The notes beneath the pieces were generated by a model. The model did no database searches. It was not told the origin of the DNA and worked only from the letters and a program-made list of their open reading frames with translations. The position numbers and the translations under genes were made by a program. A DNA stretch of 64,000 bases from Naegleria gruberi (Eukaryota), in the NCBI GenBank assembly GCA_000004985.1, contig GG738853.1. One strand, given 5' to 3'. Shown here piece by piece: positions 11,566 to 23,540 of this stretch. How positions within the stretch are numbered: the stretch's first letter is position 1; every line of letters begins with the position of its first letter.

Positions 11566-11753
11566 AAGAAAATCAAATTGGAGATCTTTATGAAAATCCA
11601 AATAAAAGAAACATACCAATTCCTACATATATTCCAATGTTCAATTACTAAGACTTTAGCATTTGGAAATTAATAAACAATAATATTTTGTAATACTAAT
11701 TGTTTATCAAGATTAATAGGATACATTAATGCAAATGAAGTGGACTGAGAAAA

Positions 11754-12539
11754 TTACTTAAAAGGTGGAGGAGGTATCAGAGGAATATGAGGAGGAAGAG
11801 GTGGTGTGAAGAAATGAGGTGGAGGTGGACCACCCAATAACTCTAATGGATGTGGCTTTGGAATATTCAAATTGAAGAATACACATTGTTTCTGTTGTGC
11901 TCTGTAAGTCATTTCCTTGGCAGTGGTAATTTGATAGACCTTTGAATTACATCCAGAGCAGAACCTCACCTGACGATATACAGTGTTAGTATTTAAAGGA
12001 GGAGGTGGTGGAGGAACACCAAAAGAATTAATAGGAGGTGGAGGTGGTACACTCTCAATTGGTTGATCGAGCTCTGGATCCAATATTTTCTCCTCATCAA
12101 CTATTGGCATTGCAGAAAAATCCATTGGACACTTGTAAATAAATTCACACAACTCAACAAATGGTGTATCAGTCAATGGAAATCTAACAGTTCTTCCTAA
12201 AGGGAGCATCTGTGGAGACTTTTGGACAATATGTCTAATTCTCCTCTTGAGAATGTGCAACCAATTTTTCACATTCAAATCAGCATAGAATTTAGGGAAA
12301 TACATTAATACTAATGGTTTCCAAATGGATACCTGCACTGGTGTGAATTCTTGCTTTTCTTGTTCAATCGCTAAATCATTCATTTCATTTGATAGATTTT
12401 CGGATTTGATTGGAACATCACAAGTCATGTTGAAAAATAATTTCAAATAATATTTACTGCTCAACGCAAAGAAAGAAATGTCTTTTGCAACCAAAAAGGT
12501 TCCGATGTGAATTAGCAAATCATTAGGAATTTCGTTCAT
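11754..12539 (-). CDS. F-box-like protein with a proline-rich C-terminus.
   Basis: The N-terminus reads MNEIPNDLLIHIGTFLVAKDISFFALSSKYY (F-box-like). The C-terminus carries several PPPPP/PPPPPP tracts, which look like profilin/SH3/WW ligands. Confidence 0.5.
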   Translation of the reverse strand: MNEIPNDLLIHIGTFLVAKDISFFALSSKYYLKLFFNMTCDVPIKSENLSNEMNDLAIEQEKQEFTPVQVSIWKPLVLMYFPKFYADLNVKNWLHILKRRIRHIVQKSPQMLPLGRTVRFPLTDTPFVELCEFIYKCPMDFSAMPIVDEEKILDPELDQPIESVPPPPPINSFGVPPPPPPLNTNTVYRQVRFCSGCNSKVYQITTAKEMTYRAQQKQCVFFNLNIPKPHPLELLGGPPPPHFFTPPLPPHIPLIPPPPFK

Positions 12540-12810
12540 TGTTACAACTTTCGTCTCGTTCTTTTACTGGACTAGCATCATTTAATGATGGTGATGGTTT
12601 ATTTTCCACTATTACTTGATCAATATCATCAGCAGCTTGATTATGTGAATTGGATGCATTCGAAAAGAAAGATTTTAGTTTCTTCATTTTTTTTATCTTT
12701 GCAACTCTGAACTATTCAGATCTGCACTGACGATTGAAACTGTCAAACTTTACAAAATATCTTGAGAGATAGTTAATAGTTCATTTGTTATTCACAAATA
12801 TTGAAAAAAA

Positions 12811-15375
12811 ATGCATGAAAACAATGAAGGGAATCCTTTTCTCAATCTCTCATCCGATCTTCATTGTTATATTTGTTCATTTCTTCTCGGAGAGTTATTC
12901 AACAATTATCAAGAACGCAATGAACAAAAACTCAAGTTTTCCACCACTCGTAAATCACACCGATGGTTTCAAAATGGTAAATCATCAAATATTTCAACTA
13001 ATTCGAGTGTTGGACGTTTTTTGAATTTTCCATCATTGAATAATGATCATGATGGTCATCAGAGATTTTATTTAAATTCTCCATTGAAATTGAATGGAAT
13101 GATGATGTTATTTTCATTGAAGAATACATGTAGGAGAATGTTTGAATTTGTGAGTGAGAGTGAAGAGTTGTGGCATTCGATATTGATTTCCTTTCCGATT
13201 AGTTTGGGTTTTAAGAGTGGACATGAGAAATCTTGGATGATGAATATGAATTTGGAGGGATATTATTTGTTGGATGGAGATGGGATTGATGTGATTCAGA
13301 GAGAGAATATGGTTGCAGATGTGTTGAATATTTTGTTTTTATTGAACAAGTTGTGTCATGTAAAGAGGGTCATTAAGAGAATTTCAATTGATTTTACAAT
13401 GAAATCATTGTATTCTGATATGAATTCTAGATTGGAGCTATTGAATATATCACAGATTAATGGGGAGAGCCCTGCATTGTCTTTCATGTCCTACATCTTT
13501 AAGAGTTTGGAAGAGTTGATTTTATTACCAAACAATGAAGATAATCAATCGATGGCATTGGATTTGTCTCTGAAACATCCTTTCAAGAAATTGAAACATT
13601 TGGTTATTGATGCAGAACTTGCTTATTGCTTGGATTTTATCAAATATCACATTGCAACCCTAGAAAATATAACCTTTGTAAATAAGGGAAATAATTTCAG
13701 AATTATTAATAATATTATGGTAGGCTTGTTGAATAGAGGAATAATAGAATCAGAGATTTTGGAGAGTGTGGAATTTGTTGGCACAGTGGATTTAAGATAT
13801 ATAGCTACAGTTCAAATGGAATATGTGAAAAAGTATGGAGCCAATGCTACAAAATATTTATCAAAAATCAAGAATCTTTCAATATTCCAATTTACAAATG
13901 AGGCGGAATTGGGGCATGAATCTAATCAAATACTTCTATCCAACATGGTGGAATTGACATTAGTTCAATATCAGGGAGGAGATTTTCTAGATTTGAGTAA
14001 TATGGATTTTCCAAATTTAAAAATATTGAATATGAAAGGATGTATGCAAACACTCAATTTGAAAGGGATGGACGCTAGATCACTAGAATCCCTCCAATTG
14101 AGAATGTTTGATATGTCTGGAACTGTTCCATTGTTCCATACATTGAAATACCTGACTATTGATAATTGTAAAGGTATTGATGCCAACTCATGGTTCAATA
14201 ATCATGAAAATCTCAAAGAATTTAGAATTATTCCCAACAAACTGGATTCTTCTCTAGATAGCATGGAAATGGTTCTTTCTGGACACCCATCTATAACTTG
14301 CATCAGTGTTACTGCTTGCGATAATGTGACCATTTTCCAGTGTAAGAATTTAGAGGAGGTTCATCTCTTGGATTGTAAACTCTCTACCATTTCAACAAAC
14401 TTTGGAGAGTTCTGTAGAGGACTGAAAATTTTGGAAATTGAAAACACGCTTAATCCATCTTCAATAGCACATCTTGATATTTCCTATTGCTACTATGCGG
14501 AATTCAGAACTTTTAAGATAATATTTGATAGAATATTAAGAGTTAATCATTTAAATATTAATTCAAGTTATTTATTCAATTCTATTGCTGATAATTTGGA
14601 AATTTCCAATATCTATATAGAAAATCAATTAACAGAAGAAATTTGTTCAATAGTAAGAAAAGCCAAAGTCAGTAATAATTTTGGAATTACACATCTCTCA
14701 AAAGAATTCAGACCAAAACGACAATTTGAATGTCGTTCCAATAATGAAACGTTAAATATTGTTTCCAATACTCTGAAATCAGACACCGAAACTTTTGATC
14801 ACATAGAAAATTTTCTCTACTCTAAAACTTGTTCTCCTGCTGATTTTGGAAACATGTCCTTCCTTTGTTATGATGGGGATTATTCAGATAGATTGTTGAA
14901 ATCACAAACTAATAGTCTATTTAGAAACATTGTATATCTTTCCATCAGTTCATATGTTTCAGAGATAGAACTAGACCTCAATAGTATGGTTAACCTGAAA
15001 GAGTTGTATTCCTCAAGCCATAAAGTTTCCCTAGAAGCTAAAAATATTACTCACCAATCATTGAGATCGCTTGTTTTACTGAACCACTCCAAAATTTCAA
15101 TCACATTCAGTGAACTTAAAGCTCCAAAGCTAATGCATTTCTTTATTAGTAGCAATACAAGGAGTGGTTCTTTTAACCTAGACGAACGACAGGAAAATAC
15201 ACAAAAAGTGGAAATTGTGAATTGCGAATTTCCCTCATTGATATTCCATTCTCCAATTGTGAAGGATGAGTTTCTGAATGAGAAGGTTAAAAGCTTGAAT
15301 AATTTATTGAAAGGTTTTTCTAGAATTGAAAAATCAACAGCAAACTCTTCTAAAAATTTTTGTAAATTAATGTAA
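12811..15375 (+). CDS. Large F-box-like / LRR-like protein (854 aa).
   Basis: The N-terminus has an F-box-like segment (LSSDLHCYICSFLLGELF). The body is leucine-rich with irregular LRR-like units. It lies head-to-head with the previous F-box gene, 272 bp apart. Confidence 0.5.
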   Translation: MHENNEGNPFLNLSSDLHCYICSFLLGELFNNYQERNEQKLKFSTTRKSHRWFQNGKSSNISTNSSVGRFLNFPSLNNDHDGHQRFYLNSPLKLNGMMMLFSLKNTCRRMFEFVSESEELWHSILISFPISLGFKSGHEKSWMMNMNLEGYYLLDGDGIDVIQRENMVADVLNILFLLNKLCHVKRVIKRISIDFTMKSLYSDMNSRLELLNISQINGESPALSFMSYIFKSLEELILLPNNEDNQSMALDLSLKHPFKKLKHLVIDAELAYCLDFIKYHIATLENITFVNKGNNFRIINNIMVGLLNRGIIESEILESVEFVGTVDLRYIATVQMEYVKKYGANATKYLSKIKNLSIFQFTNEAELGHESNQILLSNMVELTLVQYQGGDFLDLSNMDFPNLKILNMKGCMQTLNLKGMDARSLESLQLRMFDMSGTVPLFHTLKYLTIDNCKGIDANSWFNNHENLKEFRIIPNKLDSSLDSMEMVLSGHPSITCISVTACDNVTIFQCKNLEEVHLLDCKLSTISTNFGEFCRGLKILEIENTLNPSSIAHLDISYCYYAEFRTFKIIFDRILRVNHLNINSSYLFNSIADNLEISNIYIENQLTEEICSIVRKAKVSNNFGITHLSKEFRPKRQFECRSNNETLNIVSNTLKSDTETFDHIENFLYSKTCSPADFGNMSFLCYDGDYSDRLLKSQTNSLFRNIVYLSISSYVSEIELDLNSMVNLKELYSSSHKVSLEAKNITHQSLRSLVLLNHSKISITFSELKAPKLMHFFISSNTRSGSFNLDERQENTQKVEIVNCEFPSLIFHSPIVKDEFLNEKVKSLNNLLKGFSRIEKSTANSSKNFCKLM

Positions 15376-15542
15376 AGTACAAGTTTGTAACATCTATTTC
15401 AATAAACATTCGCAGTTGAGTTCAACAACAAGAAATTTACATTATTTACGAGCCAAACAGCAATGGATGAACATTTATTTCATCTTTTTGTGAGATAATG
15501 TTTCCTATTCTTCCCAGCAAGATGGATGTATTATCTTGAAGT

Positions 15543-16160
15543 TTAGACATCAACTTGGACTGGAGCAGATTTGTTCCACAAGTCAAAAATACAAGTACTG
15601 TCAGATGATGAATCTGCGCACTTGTTAGAGTTAGCTTGGTTAGATTGCAAACGCAATAATTCTTGGAGTTTTTCAAATTCGACAGAAATAGTGAGAGAGT
15701 GGTTTTGGGAGATTTGGTGTTTAGAGGCCTTGGAGGCCCCTGAAGATGGTTTAAACATTGACTTTTTGTAAACAACTTTGACTCGTAAAGATTTTTGTTC
15801 TTTTGCCAACAAGAAGGCCTGTTGATACTCTTCTTGATTGTCAAAAGAAATCCAATCCTTTTCTCCATCTTGGTATTTGAAGGAGATTGTCTTCTTTTTC
15901 TTTTGGGTGTTAACAAGTGACATTGGAATATGGTCACTAAGATATTGTTTTCCATCCTCATTTCTTCCACTTGATAAACTGAGCATAATTGAATTATAAA
16001 ATTCTTGATAGGAATCACAAAGTGCAATCTTTCTGATTTCCTCATGTTTTTTCGGTTGAACATTGGAAGAAGCTTCCATTGAGGAAGCACTAGATTTTTT
16101 TTGCTTTGCATAGAAGTAAACTTTGGCAAAGATCTTTTCTGATGATTGATTTTTGTACAT
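15543..16160 (-). CDS. PB1 domain protein.
   Basis: ISFKYQDGEKDWISFDNQEEYQQAFLLAKEQKSLRVKVVY is a type-A PB1 (OPCA) signature. The first ATG (MYKNQSSEK...) lies inside a TTG-initiated track ORF. Confidence 0.6.
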   Translation of the reverse strand: MYKNQSSEKIFAKVYFYAKQKKSSASSMEASSNVQPKKHEEIRKIALCDSYQEFYNSIMLSLSSGRNEDGKQYLSDHIPMSLVNTQKKKKTISFKYQDGEKDWISFDNQEEYQQAFLLAKEQKSLRVKVVYKKSMFKPSSGASKASKHQISQNHSLTISVEFEKLQELLRLQSNQANSNKCADSSSDSTCIFDLWNKSAPVQVDV

Positions 16161-16629
16161 GTTAAAAGAGAGAGAGGGGTTTGGTGGATTGAGGGTGGTG
16201 GAGTTGTGTATTTGTAGAGAAGTTTCTTTTCGAAATTGCAAACTGAAAACTTTAAAAATGGAGTGATCAAAAAAAATTCAAAGTCAAAATAGGTGCTGCA
16301 GAAGAAATGCGCGCGAGTGAGACGAAGTGTTTTTTTTGTGGTTACTCTTTCCAGCAAACAACTTCAGCAGGTATTATAAATAACTACGATAACTTTATTT
16401 TTAGATTTTTATTTATAGTTTGAACATTGGCGGAAACAAGGTGCTGCAAACTACGGTTTTGCTGCGTGAGGAGATGACCTTCTAACATCTCCTACAAACG
16501 ACAATTTTAAATATCTATTGATAACAGTGTTTCTAAAGTGCATACACGAGAAAAAGTGTTTCATTGGTATGTTGATGGTTGAAATTTAACTTTGTGTGGA
16601 AGTGCAAACCAAGATTCACCTGTTTGAGG

Positions 16630-16810
16630 AGGTACCTATTGTAAATTGAACTTCAATCTCAGATGAAACAATAACAGTTGTGCATTAATTCATGATATTC
16701 ATTTTCAAAGATTTCATTCACCAACCAAATTGAAAGAAGAAAATCTATGATATTATACAAGTGATTTTTTAATATGCATTGTAATAGAGGAGATTAAACT
16801 TGGAGACAAT
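16630..16810. repeat. Distal copy of a ~180-bp direct repeat derived from the calcineurin B 3' flank.
   Basis: ttgtaaattgaacttcaatctcagatgaaacaata ... gaaagaagaaaatctatgatattatacaagtgattttttaatatgcattgtaatagaggagattaaacttggaga aligns at about 80% to the copy at 17085..17250. Confidence 0.6.
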
Positions 16811-17084
16811 ACCAAACAAAGCAATTTGGGAACCTACTCTATTATTTATACGATTAATACGATTTCAAATCGTAATTCTTTTCCATCTCTTGAGTTACAG
16901 GAGTCCTGATATCAAAAATGTTGAACAGATAACCATCATATTGTAATAAGTTTGGTGACTAGCTCACTAGTAGTGGTAGATGAAACGAATTGCCAAACAT
17001 ACAACCAAAGGTATCTATGAATTTCAGCAACAGGAAGGAATTTTCTCATTCAGTTTATTGCTACTTTGTGATTGAAACCCTAAT

Positions 17085-17250
17085 TCTACACAATTCTGTT
17101 GTAAATTGACTTCCAATCTAAAATGAAATATGAATGATTGTTGATTCACTTTCAATGAAAAGAAGAAAATCTTTGATATTATACAAGTATTTTTGAATAT
17201 GAAATTTTATAGGGATATTAAAACTTCTTGGAGAATGAAATTACAAACGA
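17085..17250. repeat. Proximal copy of the direct repeat; it is the 3' UTR directly downstream of the calcineurin B stop codon.
   Basis: ttgtaaattgacttccaatctaaaatgaaatatga ... gaaaagaagaaaatctttgatattatacaagtatttttgaatatgaaattttatagggatattaaaacttcttggaga ends about 5 nt from the cnbA stop. Confidence 0.6.
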
Positions 17251-18087
17251 ATGGTCATCTTATTTTCCAAATCTTGATGTGATAGTGTCTTGGCAAATTC
17301 TTCAAAGCTAATTTTACCATCACCATCTTCATCAGCTTCCAAAATTGTTTTATCGACAATTTGTTGCAATTGTACATCACTAAGGTTATTACCAACCATC
17401 ATTTTCAAAACTGTGAAAAGTTCTCCGTTACTTATGTAACCATCTCCATCAATATCGTATACTTTGAAAGCAACTATTAATAAGGTAAATATTTAGTAAC
17501 TAAGGAGAGAAATTGTCTAATTACTTACATTCAAGTTTCCTTTGCTTATCACCTTGAGCATTGAATACCGAGAGTGCAGCAATAAATTCTTTAAAGTTTA
17601 CGGATCCATCACCGTTTTCATCGAATATAGATATAACTCTTTTCACAAGGGGATTGACTGCAAGTTCAGGTATCATCAAAAATTCATCCTTTGATATAGT
17701 TCCGTTACCATCCTTATCAAGCTTCTTGAATCTCTTGTATAACTTTTTAATTTCCTTTTGGGTAACTATTTTAAGATGAAGTAGTTATCAATAAATTGTA
17801 TTATTTTAATTGTCATCGTCATATCGTAAATATTGATCAATCACATTTAAATCATTAAATCAATAATATCAATAATATCATCACCGTCATCATGATGCAA
17901 AGGTGTATTAAAAATATTATTGTTGTATCCGCAAAGATTTTGAAAATTTAATTAGTTTCATACAATAAATACAATAGCAATTAAATCTCTAAGAATGACT
18001 CTTCTACAACAACAATAACTTACAGTTAGTACCCTTTTGCATCTCTTCGACTTCTTCTGGTCTCAACGAGCTGGTATTAGTTCCCAT
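17241..18087 (-). CDS. cnbA: Calcineurin B (protein phosphatase 2B regulatory subunit). Three exons: complement(18024..18087), complement(17529..17765), complement(17241..17473).
   Basis: The protein starts [21 protein letters not shown], then a GTAAGT donor; intron 1 is 258 nt. Exon 2 reads [79 protein letters not shown]; intron 2 is 55 nt. Exon 3 reads [60 protein letters not shown].... It has four EF hands and an N-myristoylation MG start. Exon lengths sum to 534 nt. Confidence 0.85.
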
Positions 18088-18560
18088 ATTTACCGTTGTA
18101 TTTTTTTTGAGTAGTGTTGAGTGAGAGCAACACAGTTGTTAGCCATTTGATCAAAGAGGGAAAAGAAGACTCCAACAACAACCTTTACCTTTCAAAAGAG
18201 ATTTGGAATGGTGATGATTTGTTGTTAGCCAACTTTGCATTTGAAGAATAATTCGAATAAAAAGTTCAAATTGGTTGTTTGGCTCTAAATGCTGAACTCT
18301 ATTGAACACTAACAGCAAAGGTTGATTGTTCCCTCAATAGTTACTTTCTGCATTCTGAAATAACAACAATATAATTATTCTGAATTGAGGCCATAGTTGA
18401 AGCAAAGGTGAAACAATTCGAGTTATAAATCTCTTAAGGTGAAACTTGATGTTTGAGAGTTATTAGCGTATGGTTTCTTCATTGTTCTCTGCTAAAAATT
18501 TAAAGCTGGAATTAAAATCTATTTTTACTTCCATCAAGTAAAATACACAATCTAAAAAAT

Positions 18561-21519
18561 ATGGCAACAGCAACCCTTTCAAATCATTCAGCTTATTCAG
18601 CAGCTGGTATTTTATCTTTGTTGGATGAAAATGATTTCGACCTTCAGGAAATGGCTCTTAGGAAGTTGGATCAAGTTGTGGATCAATACTGGGCCGAAAT
18701 TTCTGAATCCGTTCGTAAATTGTAAGTTGTATTAATACAACAAAAAGAGGAGGCTTACATAGTATTTCAATCATTTAATATTTGACGTGATGATCAATAT
18801 TGTATTAAATAATTTACCATAATCTAGGGAATCGTTGTATGAAAATGAAAAATTCCCAAATCGTGAATTAGCTGCTTTACTTACCTCCAAAGTGTATTAT
18901 CATCTTAACGAGTTTGATGAATCTTTACAATTTGCTCTTGGTGCTGGAAATTTATTTGATGTTAGTAAACAAGACGATGATGAATATGTTAATAAGATCA
19001 TCAGCAAGTGTATTGATACTTACATACAAACAAGACAAAACAATGGAAAGGAGGATCCAAGATTGACAAATATTGTAGAAAGAATGTTTGATAGATGTCT
19101 GCAAGAAGGTGAATATAAACAAGCTTTAGGAATTGCTATTGAAGCTAGAAGATTGGATAAAATAACTCAAGCTATCAAAATTTCACCAAATATCAAGGAA
19201 ATGCTTAACTATACATTTGATGTTGCTATGAATCTTATTGAATTAAGAGATTTTAGACATAATGTTTTGAAGCAATTAGTTGATATTTATATGGAAGATA
19301 AGGAAAATACTGACTACTTTGCAGTGACACAATGTTTAACATTTTTGGATGATGCTAAATCTGTTGCTAATATTTTACATCAATTAATTACATCCAATGA
19401 AGTTAATGATCATGCTATTGCTTATCAAATTGGATTTGATTTACACGATCGTGCACCACAACACTTTTTGGTTTCTGCTCGTGATGTACTTTTACAAGAT
19501 CCTAAGGCTGAGGAACAAGAAACACCTCTTGCTAAACTTTTAACTGTCCTTTCAGGAGAAATTACTATTCAACATAATGTTGACTTTTTACTCAGACACA
19601 ACCATACAGATCTTCAAATTCTTAACAATATCAAATCATCATTTGAAAGAAATTCTGTTCTCCATTCTGGTACAATTACATCCAATGCTTTTATGCATGC
19701 TGGTACAACTGTAGATAAATTCCTTAGAGATAATCTTGAATGGTTGGGTAAGGCCAATAATTGGGCTAAATTCAGTGCTACTGCCAGTTTGGGTGTTATT
19801 CAAAAGGGTAGAATTAAGGACAGTCTCACTATTTTGAAGCCATATCTTCCATCATCAGGTACTGCTTCTACCGCTAGTTCAAGTGTTTATTCTGAAGGTG
19901 GTGCTCTCTTTGGTTTGGGTATTATTCACTCTAATCATTTAGCTAATGATATGACTCAATATTTACTCAATGTTGTTTCTAATCAATCAGCTGATCCAGT
20001 TGTCCAACATGGTGCTTGTTTTGGTTTGGGTTTATGTGGTATGGCTACTCAAGAAGCAGAACTTTATGAAAAGATGAAGGATGTCATGTTTTTGGATAAT
20101 GCTGTTTCAGGTGAAGCTGCTGCTATTGGTATGGGTCTCGTTATGTTGGGAAGTGGTGATGATAAGGCCATTGATGAAATGTTGAACTATGCTCATGAAA
20201 CTGCTCACGAAAAGATTATTAGAGGTCTTGCCATGGGTTTGGCTTTAACTGTTTATGGTAGAGAAGAAGAAGGTAACAAGTTAATTGATAGATTGACTAA
20301 TGATAAGGATCCAATTCTCAGATATGGTGGAATGTACGCTATTGGTTTGGCATTTGCTGGTACTGGTAATAATAATGCTATCAGAAAATTGTTGCAAGTT
20401 GCTGTTTCTGATGTATCTGATGATGTCAGAAGAGCTGCTGTTATTAACTTGGGTTTCCTCCTCTTCAAGTCACCAAAACAATGTCCAAGAATTGTTTCTC
20501 TCCTCGCCGAAAGTTATAATCCTCATGTAAGATATGGTGTTGCTCTTGCTGTTGGTATTTCATGTGCTGGTTCTGGTTTAAAGGAAGCTTTGGATCTTTT
20601 GGAACCATTAGCTTTGGATAGAGTTGACTTTGTTCGTCAAGGTGCTCTCATTGCTCAATCAATGGTTTTGATGCAATTGAATGAAGTTCAAGAACCAAAG
20701 GTTGCTGATTTCCGTAAACATTTGCAAAAGACTTGGTCAACCAGAGCTGAAGAAGTTATGTGTAAATTAGGTTCAATCCTTTCTGCAGGTATTTTAGATG
20801 CTGGTGGTAGAAATGCTACAATTTGTTTGCACAGACATGGTAATAACAAGATGAGAAATATTGTTGGTCTTGCTCTCTTTACTCAATATTGGTTCTGGTA
20901 TCCATATTTACATTTCTTATCACTTTCTCTTGAACCAACTTCAATTATTGGTTTGAATACTGATTTGAAGATGCCATCCCAATTCACTTTCAAGAGTAAT
21001 CAAAAACCATCCATGTTTGCCTATCCACCTCCACTCAAGACTGAAGAAGAAAAGAAGGAAGTTACTGTTGGTCCTGTTGCTGAATTGTCTCTCTCTGCTA
21101 AGGCCAGAGTTAGAGAAGAAAGAAAGAGAAGAAGACCAGAAGGTAGTGCTACTCCTCTCCTCACTCCTCTTACTTCAACTCCAACACCACAAGTTGATCC
21201 AAAGCAACTACCATCACAACCTTCACAAACAGATAAGGATACAAAGAAACAAAAGAAGAAGAAGGAACCAACTTCTGAATCTCTTACAAATCCTGCTCGT
21301 GTAACACCTTCACAACTTAACTTTATTTCATTCGATACAACCAGTAGATATGTTCCTATCAAATTATCTTCTTCATCTGGTATCAATTTGGGTATTAACG
21401 TGCTCAGTGATACAAAACCAGGTGAAGATGCTGATATTTTAACACCTCAAGCTGGTCAAAAATCAGAAGAAAAGGAAGAAAATGAACCACAACCACCAGC
21501 AAGCTTTGAATGGAATTAA
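18561..21519 (+). CDS. psmD1: 26S proteasome regulatory subunit RPN2/PSMD1; exons 18561..18721 and 18828..21519, with a 106-nt intron.
   Basis: Exon 1 reads [54 protein letters not shown], then GTAAGT...TCTAG, then [29 protein letters not shown].... This matches the PSMD1 N-terminus (human AEISESVDKIEVLYEDE) through the PC repeats and the KEKE tail. Confidence 0.9.
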
Positions 21520-21649
21520 ATCCAATTGTACAAAAATAAAGTCTTAAACTTGATTGTAACGTGTACTTATTATTGTTTTCTACCTACAATAAATTCGTGC
21601 TCCTCATGTTCTAGTAGTAATTGTTGCAAATCTGAAATCTAATGAATCC

Positions 21650-22504
21650 TTAGCGGTTATTTTGATATAAATCTTTATTGATTCTTCTTTTTTGGAAAAA
21701 AGAATTCAGTTTCTTTAGCTTGTTTTCTTTCAATTTCTCAGCTTTCTTGACCGCCTTTTCTTGTTGTTTGGATGTAATGTCATCAATAGTACTACCAGAT
21801 TTATATGTGTCACTGGTCCTGGTGGCTTTGATAGCAATACAGTTTAAATCAGCAATGTTGTGAATAAATTCAACACCTTGGAGCCATTCCACTAAATTGA
21901 AATTTGAAGCACTTCTCAATCTTTTACAGACCTGAACAATAATGTAAGATTGAGCCAAGAGTATAGGATAACAACTACTTCTGAAATCTTTGTAACAAAA
22001 TGCATCTGGAATAGGAGCATCTACTTCTTCTCTGAATACTCTTTGAAGAAATGCCATACGATGTTTGAATTCTTTGTCGCCTGAATATTGTTCATTAGAA
22101 ACTGATAACAACAATTCAAAGATTTCATCTGTAGATAACTCATCATTAACTGATTCCCCAGTGATTGATTGATAGCAATCACAAAGGTAATTCTTCAAAG
22201 AAATACCCTCAGAATCTCTTTCTCTTTTGCCAATGAGGTTATCAACTTCTTTGCCATCTGAATCAGCATGTCTTAAGTTAAGAGAGGTAGCGAGAGCAGA
22301 AGCACCAGAGGACATATTTCTATTAACCTGTTGAGTTTCTTGGTTATTCAGTTGTTGACTGCTTGAAATATTGGATGCAGAATCTGCTTTACCGTAAATC
22401 TGTGCAGTGGAGCTACCAGAAGAAGTTGTGTCGGATTGAAGTTGTTTGAGATGAGATGGAGATGATCTTTTGTGTTTCTTCTTTGGAGTTCTGTTCTTGT
22501 TCAT
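21650..22504 (-). CDS. Hypothetical protein (284 aa) with a basic N-terminus.
   Basis: A long ORF starting at an ATG. The K/R-rich N-terminus (MNKNRTPKKKHKRSSP) looks like a nuclear localisation signal. I recognise no domain. Confidence 0.45.
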   Translation of the reverse strand: MNKNRTPKKKHKRSSPSHLKQLQSDTTSSGSSTAQIYGKADSASNISSSQQLNNQETQQVNRNMSSGASALATSLNLRHADSDGKEVDNLIGKRERDSEGISLKNYLCDCYQSITGESVNDELSTDEIFELLLSVSNEQYSGDKEFKHRMAFLQRVFREEVDAPIPDAFCYKDFRSSCYPILLAQSYIIVQVCKRLRSASNFNLVEWLQGVEFIHNIADLNCIAIKATRTSDTYKSGSTIDDITSKQQEKAVKKAEKLKENKLKKLNSFFQKRRINKDLYQNNR

Positions 22505-22796
22505 TCAAAATGAGATTCGAATAATTTTTTGAGCATGGAAAAATAATTACTCTCGGAATTGAGGTTGCTTATTAAGCGTATCGGAATATTCATTTTATTT
22601 TGTAATTTACAATCGGAAACATTCTAAAGTAGTTGTCAAACTGTGAAAAAATGTTGATTAAATCCAAAAGAAAAAACTGTAAATGCTTGATCATATTAAT
22701 TATTCTGTTCCAAAATCCTAATCAACATCACATTTTGAAAATCCAAGGCACACAGAATGACAAAAAAGCAAAATCACGTTTCACATATTTAAAAAA

Positions 22797-23540
22797 ATGT
22801 CTTTACCATTCCATGACATTTCATTCTCCTTTGATTGTGAAAGTGTACACAATTCCGAGACTCATGGCCATATGAATCTGTACACTCACCTAAAAACAAG
22901 TAAATTCGATACAAATCAATCAAATTCTCTACAGGGATGGTGTTCTCCTATTCAACAACAAGAATTATTGCACCTCATCAGGAGTAAATTGGGAATTACT
23001 CGTAATTGTAACTTATCTTTGGTTTTTTCATGTGACGAGAATAGACCATTCGATTATTCACACTTCCACAATGTTCAAGCCAAATACAATCAACCAAATC
23101 TGATATTATTCGAAACAAATAGTGGATCAATATTTGGAGGATTTACCAGTAAAGCTTGGGTAAGACAACGATCAGACGTGGAGAATGTTAGAGATGAGCA
23201 TGCCTTTTTATTTTCCATCAACTTGAATCTTATCAGTGATTCTCCCTCATCATCAGTACAGAGCATCACCAATGAATCATGTGAACAATCCAACTTGCAC
23301 ATTTATGGATTGGCTCATTTCCAACAAAAAGTTGCCATTACAATTCTCGATGATGATAAGTATGGTGGAATAATGTTTGGCAGAGATACTCTCTTCATAT
23401 CGAATGATTGTACCAATCCTAACAAGGATTCATGCTCCCTCTATATTGATTCCAGAGAAGCTACCTACTGTAGAGGAGATGATGTTATTGAACTGGAGAA
23501 TTTCTACATTAAGAAACTTTCTTTCTATCACATTAAATAA
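22797..23540 (+). CDS. TLDc (TBC/LysM-associated) domain protein.
   Basis: It carries the TLDc core motifs: LILFETNSGSIFGGFTSKAW, DEHAFLFSINLN, GGIMFGRDTLFI, SLYIDSREATYCRGDD. Confidence 0.65.
   Translation: MSLPFHDISFSFDCESVHNSETHGHMNLYTHLKTSKFDTNQSNSLQGWCSPIQQQELLHLIRSKLGITRNCNLSLVFSCDENRPFDYSHFHNVQAKYNQPNLILFETNSGSIFGGFTSKAWVRQRSDVENVRDEHAFLFSINLNLISDSPSSSVQSITNESCEQSNLHIYGLAHFQQKVAITILDDDKYGGIMFGRDTLFISNDCTNPNKDSCSLYIDSREATYCRGDDVIELENFYIKKLSFYHIK

Noticed and set aside
15446-16357. A 303-aa minus-strand ORF overlapping the PB1 gene in another frame.
   Set aside because: It has low-complexity, stop-poor AT-rich translation with no domain. The PB1 frame carries a clear OPCA motif, so the overlapping ORF is considered spurious.
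17561-17779. Plus-strand 72-aa ORF.
   Set aside because: It lies antisense to calcineurin B exon 2 and is a mirror ORF.
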